A stretch of DNA of 60,586 nucleotides, the filler included. It is 6 parts of 6 records of this genome, joined end to end, with 100 filler letters (N's around TTAATTAATTAA, not from the genome) between each part and the next. Parts side by side here need not be neighbours in the genome. Positions count along the whole stretch, not along the records: positions 15,951 to 29,083 come from DRR723986_13582; positions 29,184 to 36,726 come from DRR723986_13583; 4 more parts are not named here. One strand, 5' to 3'. A program made the translations under genes and the position numbers. The number at the start of each line of letters is the position of its first letter. Within the stretch, counting starts at the first letter, position 1. The notes beneath the pieces were generated by a model. It was not told the origin of the DNA. It was given only the letters and a program-made list of their open reading frames with translations, and did not search any database. This document shows positions 19,671 through 35,100 of the stretch, piece after piece.

Positions 19671-20741
19671 AAGAAACTGGAAAACCTGAACGTGGCCAGC
19701 CAGGAAACACTGATCACTCCTGAAGCACTGAAGCAAGAGATGCCACTGTCAGACAAGGCAGCCGAAACCGTTGCCAATGGTCGGCAAGCCATCTACGACA
19801 TTATGGATGGCAAGGATCACCGTTTGTTCATTGTCGTAGGCCCCTGCTCGATTCACGATGTAGAAGCTGCCCGCGATTATGCCGCCCGACTGAAAAAGCT
19901 CGCCGATGAAGTCAGCGATACACTGTTGATCGTCATGCGCGTGTACTTCGAGAAGCCACGCACCACCGTAGGCTGGAAAGGCCTGATCAACGATCCGCAC
20001 CTGAATGATACCTTTGATATCGAGCAGGGACTGCACATTGGTCGCCGCCTGCTGCTGGACATCAATGAGATGGGCCTTCCGGCCGCCACTGAAGCCCTGG
20101 ACCCAATATCTCCCCAATACCTTCAGGACACCATAGCCTGGTCTGCTATCGGTGCCCGTACCACCGAGTCCCAGACCCACCGGGAAATGAGCAGCGGCCT
20201 GTCCATGGCCATCGGCTTCAAGAACGGCACCGATGGCAGCCTCGACGTTGCGGTAAACGCCATGAAGTCAGTCTCTCATCCCCACAGCTTCCTGGGCATC
20301 GACCAGCAGGGCAAAGTTGCCATTATTCGCACCAAGGGCAACAACTACGGCCACGTCGTGCTTCGTGGTGGTGGCGGCAAGCCAAACTACGACTCCGTCA
20401 GCGTAGCCTTGTGTGAACAGGCACTGGATAAGGCCAAGCTGCGCAAATCCATCATGGTGGATTGCAGTCACGCCAACTCCAGCAAGGATCCGGCTATTCA
20501 GCCTTTGGTAATGCAGGATGTGACTCACCAGATTCTGGAAGGCAATCAGTCTATCCAGAGCCTGATGGTGGAAAGCCACATCAACTGGGGTAGTCAGTCT
20601 ATTCCGGAGAACCTGGCTGACCTGAAATACGGCGTATCCATCACCGACGCCTGTATCGACTGGGAAACCACCGAAAAAGCCATTCGCGACATGCGTGAGA
20701 AGCTGAAAGACGTTCTGCCCAAGCGGACCGCCTCTGCCTGA
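19641..20741 (+). CDS. aroF: Class I 3-deoxy-7-phosphoheptulonate (DAHP) synthase
   Basis: GPCSIHD, RVYFEKPRTTVGWKG, IGARTTESQ.HRE, DCSHANS and SITDACI motifs. Feedback isoform (aroF/G/H) is not certain. Confidence 0.9.
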   Translation: MSGKHNKMSGKKLENLNVASQETLITPEALKQEMPLSDKAAETVANGRQAIYDIMDGKDHRLFIVVGPCSIHDVEAARDYAARLKKLADEVSDTLLIVMRVYFEKPRTTVGWKGLINDPHLNDTFDIEQGLHIGRRLLLDINEMGLPAATEALDPISPQYLQDTIAWSAIGARTTESQTHREMSSGLSMAIGFKNGTDGSLDVAVNAMKSVSHPHSFLGIDQQGKVAIIRTKGNNYGHVVLRGGGGKPNYDSVSVALCEQALDKAKLRKSIMVDCSHANSSKDPAIQPLVMQDVTHQILEGNQSIQSLMVESHINWGSQSIPENLADLKYGVSITDACIDWETTEKAIRDMREKLKDVLPKRTASA

Positions 20742-20757
20742 AGTCTGAAGCCGGGCC

Positions 20758-22898
<2,141 letters not shown>

Positions 22899-22994
22899 TT
22901 AACGAATGAATGGTTATGCGGGCATTATACCTGCCGTGAATGCGCTGACCACCACCGGCCGGGCACAGGCAGGAAAATTGGCAAGGGATGGGGC

Positions 22995-24329
22995 TTAGTA
23001 TCGCTTTTTCGGGCTGTTGGCATCCAGCGAGTCCAGCCGTTCGCGCTTCTCAGCCAGCTTGATTTCCAGTCCCCGCTGGACCGGTTGGTAATAGCGGCGC
23101 TGGTAGATCGCCTCCGGCAGGTAGGCTTCTCCTGCCGCATAGGCATCCGGCTCATCGTGGGCGTACCGGTACTCTTCTCCGTGCCCCATGCTTTTCAGCA
23201 GTTTGGTGGGCGCATTGCGCAGATGTACCGGAACTTCATAGTCCGGATCGCTGCGGATGTCCGCCATACATTGATTGTAAGCTTTGTAAACGGCATTGCT
23301 TTTGGGGGCAAGGGCCAGGTACGTAACGGCCTGCGCCAGGGCCAGCTCGCCCTCCGGGGAGCCCAGGCGTTCCTGAGCATCCCAGGCCTGCAGGGTAATC
23401 TGGAGCGCCCTCGGGTCGGCATTACCGATGTCTTCACTGGCAATACGAACCAGGCGCCGGGCGACATACAGCGGGTCGCAACCTCCGTCGAGCATCCGGC
23501 ACAACCAGTAAAGTGAACCGTCCGGGTTGGAGCCCCGCACCGATTTGTGCAGCGCCGAAATCTGGTCGTAGAAGACATCCCCACCTTTATCGAAACGGCG
23601 GAGACTGGTCTGCAGTACCTGTTCGAGAGTTTGAGCGGTAACCCGATTATTCCCGTCATCGTCCGGCTCAGCGAGGTCGGCGGCCACTTCCAGAATGTTC
23701 AGCGCTCGCCGGGCATCGCCACCTGACGCTTCCGCCATGGTCGCCAGCACCGACTCCTCTACCCGAAGCTGGCCAGCAAAGCCCTGTTCGCTCTCAAGGG
23801 CACTGTCCAGCAACCGTCGTATATCCGCTGCCTCCAGGTTTTTCAGGACATAAACACGGGTACGGGACAGCAGGGCGCTGTTCAGTTCGAAGGATGGGTT
23901 TTCGGTGGTTGCGCCCACGAAAATAAAGGTGCCATCTTCGATGTGGGGAAGGAATGCATCCTGCTGGCTTTTGTTGAAGCGATGCACTTCATCCACGAAC
24001 AAAAGCGTATCCCTGCCCTGGGACTGTTTACGGTTGCGAGCGCGCTCCACCACCTCGCGAATTTCCTTAACGCCACTGAGGACTGCAGAGATGGTTTCGA
24101 AGGAAAGGTCGCCGACATTGGCCAGCAGGCGAGCAAAGGTGGTTTTTCCGACTCCGGGCGGACCCCAGAGAATCATGGAATGCAGCTGCCCCTGTTCCAC
24201 AGCCCGGCGCAGGGGTTTTCCAGGGCCGACCAGGTGAGCCTGGCCGACATAGCCTTCGAGAGAGGTCGGCCGCATACGAGCGGCCAGGGGCTGAAAGCCG
24301 GTCTCAGTCTGAAACAGGCTGTCCTGCAT
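22995..24329 (-). CDS. rarA: Replication-associated recombination protein A
   Basis: [50 protein letters not shown]. Confidence 0.95.
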   Translation of the reverse strand: MQDSLFQTETGFQPLAARMRPTSLEGYVGQAHLVGPGKPLRRAVEQGQLHSMILWGPPGVGKTTFARLLANVGDLSFETISAVLSGVKEIREVVERARNRKQSQGRDTLLFVDEVHRFNKSQQDAFLPHIEDGTFIFVGATTENPSFELNSALLSRTRVYVLKNLEAADIRRLLDSALESEQGFAGQLRVEESVLATMAEASGGDARRALNILEVAADLAEPDDDGNNRVTAQTLEQVLQTSLRRFDKGGDVFYDQISALHKSVRGSNPDGSLYWLCRMLDGGCDPLYVARRLVRIASEDIGNADPRALQITLQAWDAQERLGSPEGELALAQAVTYLALAPKSNAVYKAYNQCMADIRSDPDYEVPVHLRNAPTKLLKSMGHGEEYRYAHDEPDAYAAGEAYLPEAIYQRRYYQPVQRGLEIKLAEKRERLDSLDANSPKKRY

Positions 24330-24979
24330 CAGGCACCATCCCGAATCACGTCAACCCCCTCCGGATAATCGAGGCGGAAGACACTGGAGTCGAGTGCCTG
24401 ATTCAGTTCAATATGGTCGAAGCTGAGAATGCTCATCTGGGACAATGAATCCCGCATGCGCATTTCCTGCAGCTCTCCGTCATAGAAGCTCAGTCGCAGA
24501 GAGGTAAACAGAGAATCCTGGCTACGGGGTACCAGAGTGAACTCACGGGTGCTTTCGCCAAGATCCCGAACGCTCACTTCGTAACTCTCATCCAGGTTCT
24601 CTACTTCGCCGCTTAACAGCAGTGCCGGCGTGGTCTGAACCCGCTCATCAAGGGAATGAACGGTTACCTGCTCCAGATCCGGATCGTAGACTTCGACTTT
24701 GTCGCCATCGCTGACAATAAACTGGGACAAGGGTGCACCGGTCTCCCAGTAGAACAAACCAGGCCGTTTGGCTTTGAGCGATCCACGGGTTTCCTGAACC
24801 TGACTGCCATTTTCGTTGACGACAATCTGTATGAAATCCGCCTGATAGGTCTCGTAGCCTTTCAGAATCGAGGTCAACTGCTCAGCCGCGCCCCGGGATG
24901 CCTGCACGCTCTCAGCCTGGGACAGGCCAGACCACGTTGCTGCCAGCATCAACAGGATTCCTGAAAACATTCTGATCAT
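24329..24979 (-). CDS. lolA: Outer-membrane lipoprotein carrier LolA
   Basis: [22 protein letters not shown]; lies between ftsK and rarA; AGGAG SD before ATG 24979. Confidence 0.92.
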   Translation of the reverse strand: MIRMFSGILLMLAATWSGLSQAESVQASRGAAEQLTSILKGYETYQADFIQIVVNENGSQVQETRGSLKAKRPGLFYWETGAPLSQFIVSDGDKVEVYDPDLEQVTVHSLDERVQTTPALLLSGEVENLDESYEVSVRDLGESTREFTLVPRSQDSLFTSLRLSFYDGELQEMRMRDSLSQMSILSFDHIELNQALDSSVFRLDYPEGVDVIRDGA

Positions 24980-24989
24980 CTGATAACTC

Positions 24990-27590
24990 CTAGTCTCTGG
25001 GAGGCGGCGGTGCGAGAACTTCTCTGGCACCGTTGTGGCCCGCCGGGCTGACTACCCCCGAAGCTTCCATGGCATCCACCAGATTGGCGGCACGGTTGTA
25101 GCCGATCTTGAATTTACGCTGGACCGACGAAATCGACACCCGCCGGTTTTCGGTAACAAAGGCGACAGCTTCGTCAAACAGGGCGTCGCCCTCTTCGCCA
25201 CCACCGGCGCCGCCCTCGCTAAGCGTGGGCACGCCAGGAAGGTGCTCGCCCTCGGCGCCATTCAGTACATCATCCACGTACTCCGGCTCACCCCGGGCCT
25301 TCCAGGCACTGACGACGCGGTGAACTTCGTCATCATCGACAAAGGCACCGTGCACCCGCACCGGTAAACCTGACCCGGGTGGTAGATAAAGCATGTCGCC
25401 ATGGCCCAGCAACTGCTCTGCACCGCCCTGGTCGAGAACGGTACGGGAGTCGATCTTGGAGGACACCTGGAACGACATCCGGGTGGGAATGTTGGCCTTG
25501 ATCAGGCCGGTAATCACATCAACGGAGGGCCGTTGGGTCGCCAGAACCAAGTGAATGCCGGCCGCCCTTGCCTTCTGGGCAATCCGGGCAATCAGTTCTT
25601 CCACTTTCTTGCCGACAATCATCATCATGTCGGCAAATTCATCGATCACCACCACAATGAACGGCAGTGTATCCAGCTCAGGGCGTTCCTGCTCATCATT
25701 GGCCAGGTATTCATCCGGCTTCCAGATTGGATCCAGCAGCGGTTCTCCCTCCGCCCGGGCATCTTTCACCTTCTTGTTGTAGCCGGCAATATTGCGAACC
25801 CCCAGGCTGGCCATCAGCCGGTAGCGGCGCTCCATCTCGGCCACACACCAACGCAGGGCATTGGCGGCCTCTTTCATGTCGGTGACTACTGGCGCCAACA
25901 GATGCGGGATCCCGTCGTAAATGCTCAGTTCAAGCATCTTCGGGTCAACCATGATGAACCGGACCTCGTCCGGAGTGGCCTTCAGCAACATGCTCAATAA
26001 CATGGCGTTCACCCCCACCGACTTACCGGAACCGGTGGTGCCGGCGACCAGCAGGTGGGGCATCTTGGCCAGATTGGCAACCATGGGGTTGCCCCCGATA
26101 TCATTCCCCAGAGCCAACGTCAGTGGAGAGGAAGATTCGGTGAACACTTTGGCACCCAGCACTTCGCTCAGGCGTACAATTTCACGCTCCTCATTGGGAA
26201 TCTCGATGCCGACCACGGATTTGCCCGGAATCACCTCGACCACCCGCACACTGAGCACGGCCAAGGATCGGGCCAGGTCTTTTGCCAGATTGGAGATCTT
26301 GCTGACCTTGACCCCGGGCGCCGGTTTGATCTCAAAGCGGGTAATCACGGGGCCGGGATTAACCTCGACTACCTCAACCGACACCCCGAAATCGCTGAGC
26401 TTCTCTTCGAGCAAACGGGACATGTGCTCCAGAGACTCTTCCGAATAGCCTCTTTCCTTGTGCTCCTCGGGAGGATCCAGCAATGAAATCGGCGGAATCG
26501 GGCTTTCTATGTCTTCCAGCAGAGAGCCCTGGCGGTCATCACCCTTTTTCGGCGCACCGCCCTGCTCTTCTTTCTTGAACGGAGAAATCTTCAGGGAACG
26601 GGCCTTTGCCTTTTTAGCCGGGGGAGGCGATGGCTCTGACTTTACATCCCGAGAGCTGAAACTCTCCAGGTGCTCTGGTTCCGCTATGGATGCAGGCAGC
26701 CCTTCGATAGCCGGTTCTTTCCGCTCGCGCTGGGACTCCCGGGTCCTGGTATCCTCTGCGGGTTCTGCACGACGACCAAATATCCGCTGCCACCAGCTCC
26801 GCCGGCCTGACTTTTGGTCATTCTTACCCTTTTCGCGAGCCCGGACTTTGTCCCGCACAACCGGGGGTTCCGGTTCCGGCTTTGGTGCTTCCGCCCTGGC
26901 TGCTGGGGTTCCCTGGCCGGTGTTTCTTTCAGCCTTCTTTCCAGCGCCGGCGAATAAAGCTTTGGCGGCCAGGGCAAACTTCAGAGTCAAGCCTCCCACC
27001 TGGTCCATCAGTCGGAACCAGGACAAGCCGATCGTCACCGTCAGGGCAAACAGAAAAATGGCAATCAGCAGTAGCGTGGTCGCCGGAAGATTAAAAAACC
27101 GAACCATGGCCTCAGACACCGCAGTGCCCAAAACGCCACCAGAGGAAGCTCCCAGGCCAAAAACGGAGTAGAGAGAAAGCAGACTGGTCGCAGACAGCAG
27201 AATAAGAACAAAGCCACCAAAGCGAACCATGAACAGTGGCCAGTGCATATCGAGCGGTTGGTGCCGACGGCGAATCAGCATGATGGCGTAACCGGCAACC
27301 ATCACCGGAAAAAGCCACGACACATGGCCGAAGAAGTCCATGAACAGGCTCGCCAGCCAGGCACCGGTGCGGCCTGCGTAATTCTGCACACGGATATCAT
27401 GGCCAATACTGGCCCAGCCTGGGTCAGCCGGATTGAAGGTAAACAGGGCCATGGCGAGATAGATGCACAGCACAATCAGCGCAATAACCGCGCCTTCTCT
27501 GGCTCCCTGGGCCATCAGGCGACGAAATCGCTTCTGCTTGTCGGTCAGTTCTGTGGCTACTGCTTTCTTCGCTTTCGCGGATTCCGCCAT
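24990..27590 (-). CDS. ftsK: DNA translocase FtsK
   Basis: N-terminal TM domain, [37 protein letters not shown], gamma domain IGYNRAA. Confidence 0.96.
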   Translation of the reverse strand: MAESAKAKKAVATELTDKQKRFRRLMAQGAREGAVIALIVLCIYLAMALFTFNPADPGWASIGHDIRVQNYAGRTGAWLASLFMDFFGHVSWLFPVMVAGYAIMLIRRRHQPLDMHWPLFMVRFGGFVLILLSATSLLSLYSVFGLGASSGGVLGTAVSEAMVRFFNLPATTLLLIAIFLFALTVTIGLSWFRLMDQVGGLTLKFALAAKALFAGAGKKAERNTGQGTPAARAEAPKPEPEPPVVRDKVRAREKGKNDQKSGRRSWWQRIFGRRAEPAEDTRTRESQRERKEPAIEGLPASIAEPEHLESFSSRDVKSEPSPPPAKKAKARSLKISPFKKEEQGGAPKKGDDRQGSLLEDIESPIPPISLLDPPEEHKERGYSEESLEHMSRLLEEKLSDFGVSVEVVEVNPGPVITRFEIKPAPGVKVSKISNLAKDLARSLAVLSVRVVEVIPGKSVVGIEIPNEEREIVRLSEVLGAKVFTESSSPLTLALGNDIGGNPMVANLAKMPHLLVAGTTGSGKSVGVNAMLLSMLLKATPDEVRFIMVDPKMLELSIYDGIPHLLAPVVTDMKEAANALRWCVAEMERRYRLMASLGVRNIAGYNKKVKDARAEGEPLLDPIWKPDEYLANDEQERPELDTLPFIVVVIDEFADMMMIVGKKVEELIARIAQKARAAGIHLVLATQRPSVDVITGLIKANIPTRMSFQVSSKIDSRTVLDQGGAEQLLGHGDMLYLPPGSGLPVRVHGAFVDDDEVHRVVSAWKARGEPEYVDDVLNGAEGEHLPGVPTLSEGGAGGGEEGDALFDEAVAFVTENRRVSISSVQRKFKIGYNRAANLVDAMEASGVVSPAGHNGAREVLAPPPPRD

Positions 27591-27612
27591 GAATGCTCAA
27601 ACCGTCCGGTTG

Positions 27613-28836
27613 TTAGTCTTTCAACGCCTGGAAACCTCTGTCCAGATCGGTTTTCAGATCCTTGATGGATTCGATACCGACGGAAAGACGAATCAGGTTC
27701 TCGGTAATGCCTGCCCTCGCCTTGTCCTCGGGAGAGAGGCGTCCATGAGTGGTTGTCGCCGGATGAGTGATGGTGGTTTTCACATCTCCCAGATTGGCGG
27801 TGATGGAAATCATCCGGGTCGCGTCAATGAACTTCCACGCCTGTTCCCGACCACCCCTTACCAGGAAGGAGAGCACGCCACCAAAGCCGTCCTGCTGTTT
27901 TTTCGCCAGCTCGTGCTGCGGATGGCTCTGCAAGCCTGCATAGTAAACTTTCTCCACACAGTCCTGCTGTTCCAGCCACAAAGCCAACTCTAACGCATTG
28001 TCGCAGTGGGCGCGCATACGAATCGGTAAGGTTTCCAGGCCCTTCTGAAACACCCAGGCATTGAACGGACTCATGGTCGGGCCCGCGGAACGGATGAAAC
28101 CATAAATCTCGTCCAGGTACCTGGCCGGCCCAACCACCACGCCACCGACACAACGGCCCTGGCCGTCGAGATACTTGGTGGCTGAATGGATGACGATGTC
28201 GGCGCCCTGCTCCAGCGGCCGCTGCAGCACAGGCGTGCAGAAGCAGTTGTCGACCACCAGCAACGCATCGTTTTCACGGGCGATGGCAGACAAGGCCGCA
28301 AGATCCGCCACTTCACACAACGGATTGGACGGGGTTTCCAGAAACAGCATCCGGGTGGCGGGGCGAATCTCCGCTTTCCACTCATCCAACTCGGTCAGGC
28401 TGACAAAGCTGGTTTCTACGCCAAATCGGGCCATGTACTTCTGAAACAGGACATTGGTCGTCCCGAACACACCTCGGGAGCAGATCACATGGTCGCCGGA
28501 TTTCAGCAAGGACATGCAGGTGCTGAGAATCGCAGCCATACCCGAAGCGGTCGCAACACCACGCTCTCCCCCTTCCATGGCGGCAATTCTGGCTTCAAAT
28601 GCCTGCACGGTCGGGTTGGTAAACCGGGAGTAGATATTACCGGGCTCTTCACCGCCAAAACGGGCAGCCGCCTGAGCCGCGCTGCCATAGACAAAGCTGG
28701 AGGTCGGGAAGATTGCATCGCTGTGTTCGAGCTGCCCGGTACGAATCTGCCCTGCCCGCACGGCCAGGGTATCGACTGACATGCCTTCCAGGTCCGATTC
28801 GGGAATCCAAACGTGTTCGTCTCGGCCGAACGTCAT
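27613..28836 (-). CDS. metZ: O-succinylhomoserine sulfhydrylase
   Basis: YSRFTNPTV, SGMAAI, HSATKYLDGQGR, ANLGDVKT; directly downstream of purF. Confidence 0.93.
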   Translation of the reverse strand: MTFGRDEHVWIPESDLEGMSVDTLAVRAGQIRTGQLEHSDAIFPTSSFVYGSAAQAAARFGGEEPGNIYSRFTNPTVQAFEARIAAMEGGERGVATASGMAAILSTCMSLLKSGDHVICSRGVFGTTNVLFQKYMARFGVETSFVSLTELDEWKAEIRPATRMLFLETPSNPLCEVADLAALSAIARENDALLVVDNCFCTPVLQRPLEQGADIVIHSATKYLDGQGRCVGGVVVGPARYLDEIYGFIRSAGPTMSPFNAWVFQKGLETLPIRMRAHCDNALELALWLEQQDCVEKVYYAGLQSHPQHELAKKQQDGFGGVLSFLVRGGREQAWKFIDATRMISITANLGDVKTTITHPATTTHGRLSPEDKARAGITENLIRLSVGIESIKDLKTDLDRGFQALKD

Positions 28837-28863
28837 GACAGTCTCCTGGCGTAGTTGCGGGTG

Positions 28864-29082
28864 TCAGTCTTCATCATTGTGCAGGTCAATAATGGCGTTG
28901 TCGTCATTGGCCACCTGGCTGGTTGAACGCGTCTCATCCTTGCGAAGATCCTCCAGCCTGGTCAGGTAAGCTTCATCCACGTCGCCAGTAATGTAATCCC
29001 CGGTGAACACCGAGCATTCCCAACCATTAATGTCTTCGTTGACATCGTTGACACAGGAAATCAGGTCATCCAGGTCCTGATA
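28864..29082 (-). CDS. purF: Amidophosphoribosyltransferase, C-terminal fragment
   Basis: Manual translation gives YQDLDDLI...ECSVFTGDYITGDVDEAYL...IIDLHNDED*; truncated at the contig edge. Confidence 0.85.
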   Translation of the reverse strand, partial: YQDLDDLISCVNDVNEDINGWECSVFTGDYITGDVDEAYLTRLEDLRKDETRSTSQVANDDNAIIDLHNDED

Positions 29083-29083
29083 C

Positions 29084-29183
29084 NNNNNNNNNNNNNNNNN
29101 NNNNNNNNNNNNNNNNNNNNNNNNNNNTTAATTAATTAANNNNNNNNNNNNNNNNNNNNNNNNNNNNNNNNNNNNNNNNNNNN
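29084..29183. other. Artificial contig-joining spacer
   Basis: N-run with central TTAATTAATTAA. Confidence 0.97.
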
Positions 29184-29191
29184 TCGCTTGC

Positions 29192-32100
29192 TTACGGTAC
29201 CTGAGTGGCACGGAAGGAGTTAACACGGACTGTTACACGGTCAGGTGCAGTGACGATACCATCGAGAGTGATATCAGCCTGCAGGTAACCAACTGAACCG
29301 GAAGCATTCCGGACGGTAACACGGTCGGAGGCATTGATGATGCCGAGTTGACCTGCCGAAACATCGGCGTCACCGGTAACCATGCCGAAGAGGCCATTCT
29401 GGATCATTGGATCCTGGAAGGCTTCAAAGGCTTGTGTCTGTGCTCCTGTGAAGTCGTACAGCGCGCTGCTGTTCGGCTGCAGTGAAGCGGCCGTGGAGCT
29501 CATCACCCAGAGGTGATTGCGGTGTTCGATCACGATGTAGTAGTCACCGGCAGGCAGCGTCGTAGCATCGAAGCTCAGAGCGCTGATTCCGTCGGTAGCC
29601 ACAACGCGGCCATCACTACGCAGGAAGGCGGCCGTGGACGTCACTGCCGTCGTGGCGCTGGTGCCGCTGCGCAGCTCTACAACAACCCAGTCTACGATCG
29701 TGACAGGGATCGAAGCCGTCGTGACTCCCATGCCGTACGGATCAGCCGTCGGCAGGAAGGCGTTGGCGTTCAGGTCCGTATCCATGATCGTACCGGTCGT
29801 TGTTCCGTTCTGTGCACCTTCCAGTGCAACCTTCACATCTACAACCGTCGGAACGTTGGCCTGCGTGCTCACGATGATATCGAGGCTTGCATTGTCGCTC
29901 GCGCCGTTGACATCGGTCACCGTCACCGTCACGTTGTAGGTGCCCGTCGTTGTCGGGGCGCCACCAATCGTACCGCTGTTGGCGTCGATGCTCATGCCGG
30001 GAGGAAGCGTGCCCGCGCTCGTCGTGAAGACGTACGGAGCCACACCACCAATCAGCTGGCTGTAAGGAATCGAGGCTGCCTGGTTGGCAAAGATCGTGTT
30101 GCTCGTCGGATAGAAGACCGTCAGGTTCTCTGCAACCGTGAAGATGATGCGAGCATCATCGCTCAGGCCGTTGTGATCCGTAACGCGCAGGTCTACGACC
30201 AGCGGCGTGACTGTAGCTACAGTCGGAACACCAGAGATAACACCGGTGGCGGTGTTGAGCGTCAGTCCCACTGGAAGCGGATCGCTACCGGCGATGAAGC
30301 TGTAGACCAACGTTGGGCGACCGCCCGTGCGTGTTGGCTGCAGATCCACCGAAGGCTGGAAGCGTGTCAGTTCCTGTGGCGTGACGTAGCTCAGCGCCAG
30401 GATGTCATAGATAACTTCGATTGTCAGGGTCGTTGGCCCAAGCAGGTCGTCGGTAAAGACTACTGTCAGGTTCGTTCCCGGAACTGTTGGAGTCACCGTA
30501 ACGGCCAGCTGTGATTGCGTTGCCGTCGTCGCGAAGCTGCCGCCGGCTCCGGCTGTGCCGGAGAGGACGCCGCCCCATGTCGTTGGCGAAGCATTTCCGA
30601 ACTGGTCGCGTGCCTCAAGGATCGTTACAAATGGTACGCTGCGTGTGGCAACCGTAACAACGGCCGTAGGACGATCAAAGTCCTCACCAGGAACGTCGTA
30701 GACAACGATTGCAACCGGTACATCCGGATCCTGATCAATCAGTGCGCTTGGAGCGTCGATGCTCGTTCCGCCGATCGTCAGGTCGATGTCGTAGACAGCC
30801 ACACCTGCTTTGGTACCACTGGTGTAGGTGACCGTCGTGACGCTTATGCCTTCACCGATCGTCAGCGGGCTGACGTTCGTGCCGGCACCGGCATCAATGT
30901 TGGTGCCTACGACAGTAGCTGTACCACGTGTTGTTTCATTACCGAAGACGTCGCGCTTCGTTGCCGTCAGGGCGAGGGTGTTACCACCGACTACCACGCT
31001 GGCGCTCGTTGGCGTAATCGTCGTGCGGACGATCGATGCCGTCGAGGCGAACTGCTCAATGTCTTTTGTCGAACCATCGATATCGACACCACCAATCGTT
31101 GCACCTACCGTGGCAGCCGGATCGGCGGCGCTGGTACCTGCATTGTAGGTGATCATCGCGCTGGTAACTCCGTCGGCAACCGTCAGCGCCGAGAGGCTCG
31201 CGCCCGTCGAGTTGATGTCGGTCAGCGTCAGTGTTACGGTACCACGCGTTGTGATGTTGGCAACCTTATCGCGCTTGACAACCCAGAGGTCGATCGAGCC
31301 GGCTACTTCAACACGGTCCGGACCGCGCAGCGTCGATTGTGTCGAGACTGCCACGCCCGCAAACTGCGTGATATCAATCGGCGAACCGATGATGTTGTTC
31401 AGGGCTCCGATTTCAGCGACCAGCGTTGCGACACTGACACCCGCCGTCGTACCCGACGTGTAGGTGACCATGGCGCTCTGCAGGCCGTCGCCCGCACTCA
31501 GGTAGCTGCCGGCGATGAAGGTCGTGACACCTGGCGTCGCACTGCTGATCGTTGCTCCACCCGAACCGTTGTCGGTCAGGATAGCGTCAACAAAGCCGCG
31601 CGTCGTCGGGTTGCCGAACATATCGTACTTCGCAATCGCGAAGGTCAGATCGTTGGCGCACACTTCTACATCTGTGCCGTTCAGGGCCGTCAGCGTCGAG
31701 GTCAGACTCGATGCCGTAGCGGCGGTCTGCGTGATGGTCTTGATCGAGCCGACGATGTCGCTGCCACTGATGGTGGCGGCAACCGTCGCGGCATTCGCCG
31801 TAGCTGTCGTGCCGGCAGTATACACTACCGTGCCGATGTCAGTACCCGGCAGAATGCCCGTGGTGCTGATCGCTACGCCGGCGCCCGCATTGATGTTGGC
31901 AAGAGCCACATCCACGGTACCAAGAGTCGTCACGTTATTGTAGATGTCGCGTTTCGTTACCGTCAGATCCAGGGTCTCGCCTACTGTAACGATGCACGTC
32001 GTCGCCGTCAGCGTCGAACGTGTAGCGTCGGCCGTCAGAGCGCGTTGCTCAATGGCCAGTGGGCTGTAGCGGATATCAAGTCCGGCGATCAGAGCGTTGA

Positions 32101-35100
32101 TCTCGGCGGCCGTTGTGCTGGCCGTCGTTCCTGAACGATATTCGAAGACGTCGATGGCGATTCCGTCGGCGATAGTCGTCACCGCTCCACCAGTCGAAGT
32201 CTGCAGCTGCGCGCCACCCGAGTTAATGTCCGTCAGGCTGACGTCCACCGTACCACGTGTGGTCACATTACCGTTCTTGTCACGCTTCGTCACGCGGATA
32301 TCGATCGTTTCAAAGCCGACGTTGACATAGGCCGTGCTCACCGCTTCGATCGTCGAGCGCGTTGCATCGGCAACACCTGCGAACTGATCGATAAGAATTG
32401 GTGAGTTGACAATGCCGCCGTCGCCGGTCAGATCGAAGTTCAGCTGCGCGGCACCGACGCTTGCGGTCGTACCGCTCGTGTAGGTGATCCAGGCAGTTGA
32501 GATACCCACTGGGATCGTTGTCATGATGTTGCTGTCTTCGACAACACCAGCCGTCGTGCTGCTCAGGCGTGCGCCGGAACCAGCATTCAGGTTGGCAAGC
32601 GTCACGATCACTTCGCCGCGCGTGGTCACGTTGTAGTTCTTGTCGCGTTTGATCACGAGGAACCCAAGGTCGTTGCCACACACTTCAACACTCGTGCCGT
32701 ACGGAGCGCGAACGATCGAACGTGTGGAGGTCGCTGGACCTGCAAACTGATCGATGCTCTGTGCCGAGCCCGAGATATCCACGCCGCCAATCTGTGCCGA
32801 CACGGTCGCCACGCTGATGCCGGCCCAGGTACCCGAGGTGTACGTCAGGCGTGCCTTGCTGATGTGATTTGGAACAGTCGTCGTCAGGCTTGTGCCCGAC
32901 GGCAGGGCCGTGACGCTAAGAGCGACACCGGCACCGGCCTGAATGTTCGTTGTGAACACATCGACAACGCCGCAGGTCGTGCGATACCCAAACTGGTCAC
33001 GCTTGATTACGGTGAAGTCGATCTCGAAGCCGCAAACCTCGACACTGTTCGTGCTGTTGCTCGTCAGTGTACTGTTGCTCGATACTGCCAGACCTGGATA
33101 GATGACGAAGTCTTCCGAAATCGCACTCACAAGCGTGTTGCCCGTAGCGCCGACGCCGGTGGCGAGGAGGCGATACGTGCCCGGCACGATGATGCGTGGG
33201 TTCAGGAAGCTCGCATTTCCAGCGACAGTTGTATTGGTCGTACCATTCTGTACCGTGAGGGTCGCGCTGCTGACGTTCGTCACAGGATCGATCGAAAGAT
33301 TGATCTCTGAGTCGTTGTCGGTCAGAAGCTGGTTACCACCACAGTCTTCAGTATGGATCTGGATCACATTGTTAAACGGTCCGTCCACTTTGCCATCGTT
33401 CGGCTGAATGTTAAAGCCGACGCGGAAGGCTGTGTTGACACCGATTGTGATGTTGTTCGAGACATCACCACCGCCGGTCAGCAGACCACTGGTTGCCGTC
33501 GTTACCGCCAGGTTGTAGACGCCAACTTTATCGATGTTCAGCGTGAACGTGCCGCGGCCCGCATTCAGCGTTGTCGCAAGTGTTACGCCGCCAAGTGTTG
33601 CTGTCTCGAACGTGCCCTGGTCATCGACCAGTGCAACAGTCGCTACAACATTCGTGGCCGTCGTTACACGGTTGCCGCCTTTATCCTGGACTTCAACAAC
33701 GAGGTTGAAGTTGTCACAGGCGCGTTCGTTCGCAGGTGGCTGCGTTACGATCGCCAACTGGTATGGATCGCCGGCGACGATGTCGAAGCCGGTCGAGAAA
33801 CCAGGGGTCAGACCTGGGGCGCCGGCACCGAGAGTGTATCCCGTTCCCGACTTGTCGATCTGAACATTGGTGAACGTCGCGTAACCACCAACAGCGTTGA
33901 CACTCAGGCTCGCAGCCGTCAGTGAGGCAGCACCAAAGGTCGGATCGGTTCCGATCGACAGGGTGACCTTGTTCGTCGCTGTTGTCACGTGGTTGCCGAA
34001 GCAGTCATCGATTTGTACGACAGGGTTGGTCACGAAGTCCGTGCCTGCAGTACTAACCAGAGGGGGCTGCGTGCTGAAGCTCAGCTTGTCGGCCGTGAAG
34101 TGCGTGATGTCGAACGTGCCGCTCGTTGCCATAACCTGCTTGCCGCCTGGCAAGGTGGCCGTAGCCATCAGGTTATAGTCCGTTGCGGCTTTGTCAACTG
34201 CCATCGCAACCCATGTACCTGCTCCACCAGGACCGGTGAAGGTGATGCCCGCGCCAGGATTCGAGAACAGCGTACCGTTACCGGCATTGTTGTCGAAGAC
34301 GACCTGGATTGGAACATTCGGGACCGGTACCTGATTGCCGCAGCTATCCTGCACCTGTACCACTGGTACCTGTGCAAACTGTCCGCCTTTGATCAGGTTA
34401 CCGGCAACGCCACCAACAGGGTTGGTTACGAAGCGGATACGTGCTGCCGCACCCGTCACGACTTCAATGTCGGCCGTCGTCGTAATCGAACCGGCGGTGA
34501 CAGTCAGCGTGTAGGTGCCCGTTGAGGCGCGGATGCGTCCCAGCGTGAAGTCGGCCATGCCGCTGGCGGCAGTAGCCGTCGTCACCGTCTGGCCATACCC
34601 GAACTCGAAGCCGGCAGGTGCCGTCAGCGTGACCAGGTTGCCGTTCAGTGGGTTCAGGCAGCTATCATAGAGTTCTACATTCAATGTCGTTACTGCATCA
34701 CAGGCCACTTCCGTTGGAAGCGGATTGTAGAACAGTGTCGCAACAGGACCCTGAAGCACTTCGATGCTCGAGGTGCTCGTGATCGTTCCGGCCGTTACCG
34801 TCAGCACGTAGCTGCCGGTCACTGCGTTGACGTTGCTCAGGACGAAGGTCAGGACGCCGTTGGCATCACTGACAGCCGTCGTGCTCGTCACTCCACCACC
34901 GAAGGTGAAGGAGTTCGGAGTGCCAAGCGTGCCGGTCGAACCGACAACAACGTTGCCACAGGTGTCATACGCTGTGACCGTAATGGTCGTCGTGCCCGTG
35001 CAGATCACCGTCGTCGGCTCCGGATCGAAGTCCAGAGACGCGATTGGACCCTGAAGCACCATGATGTCAGCGCTTGTGCTGCCACCGTCAACCGATGCCG

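Noticed and set aside
29513-32134. 333-aa and 539-aa plus-strand ORFs
   Set aside because: Antisense shadows of the biased-codon giant protein.
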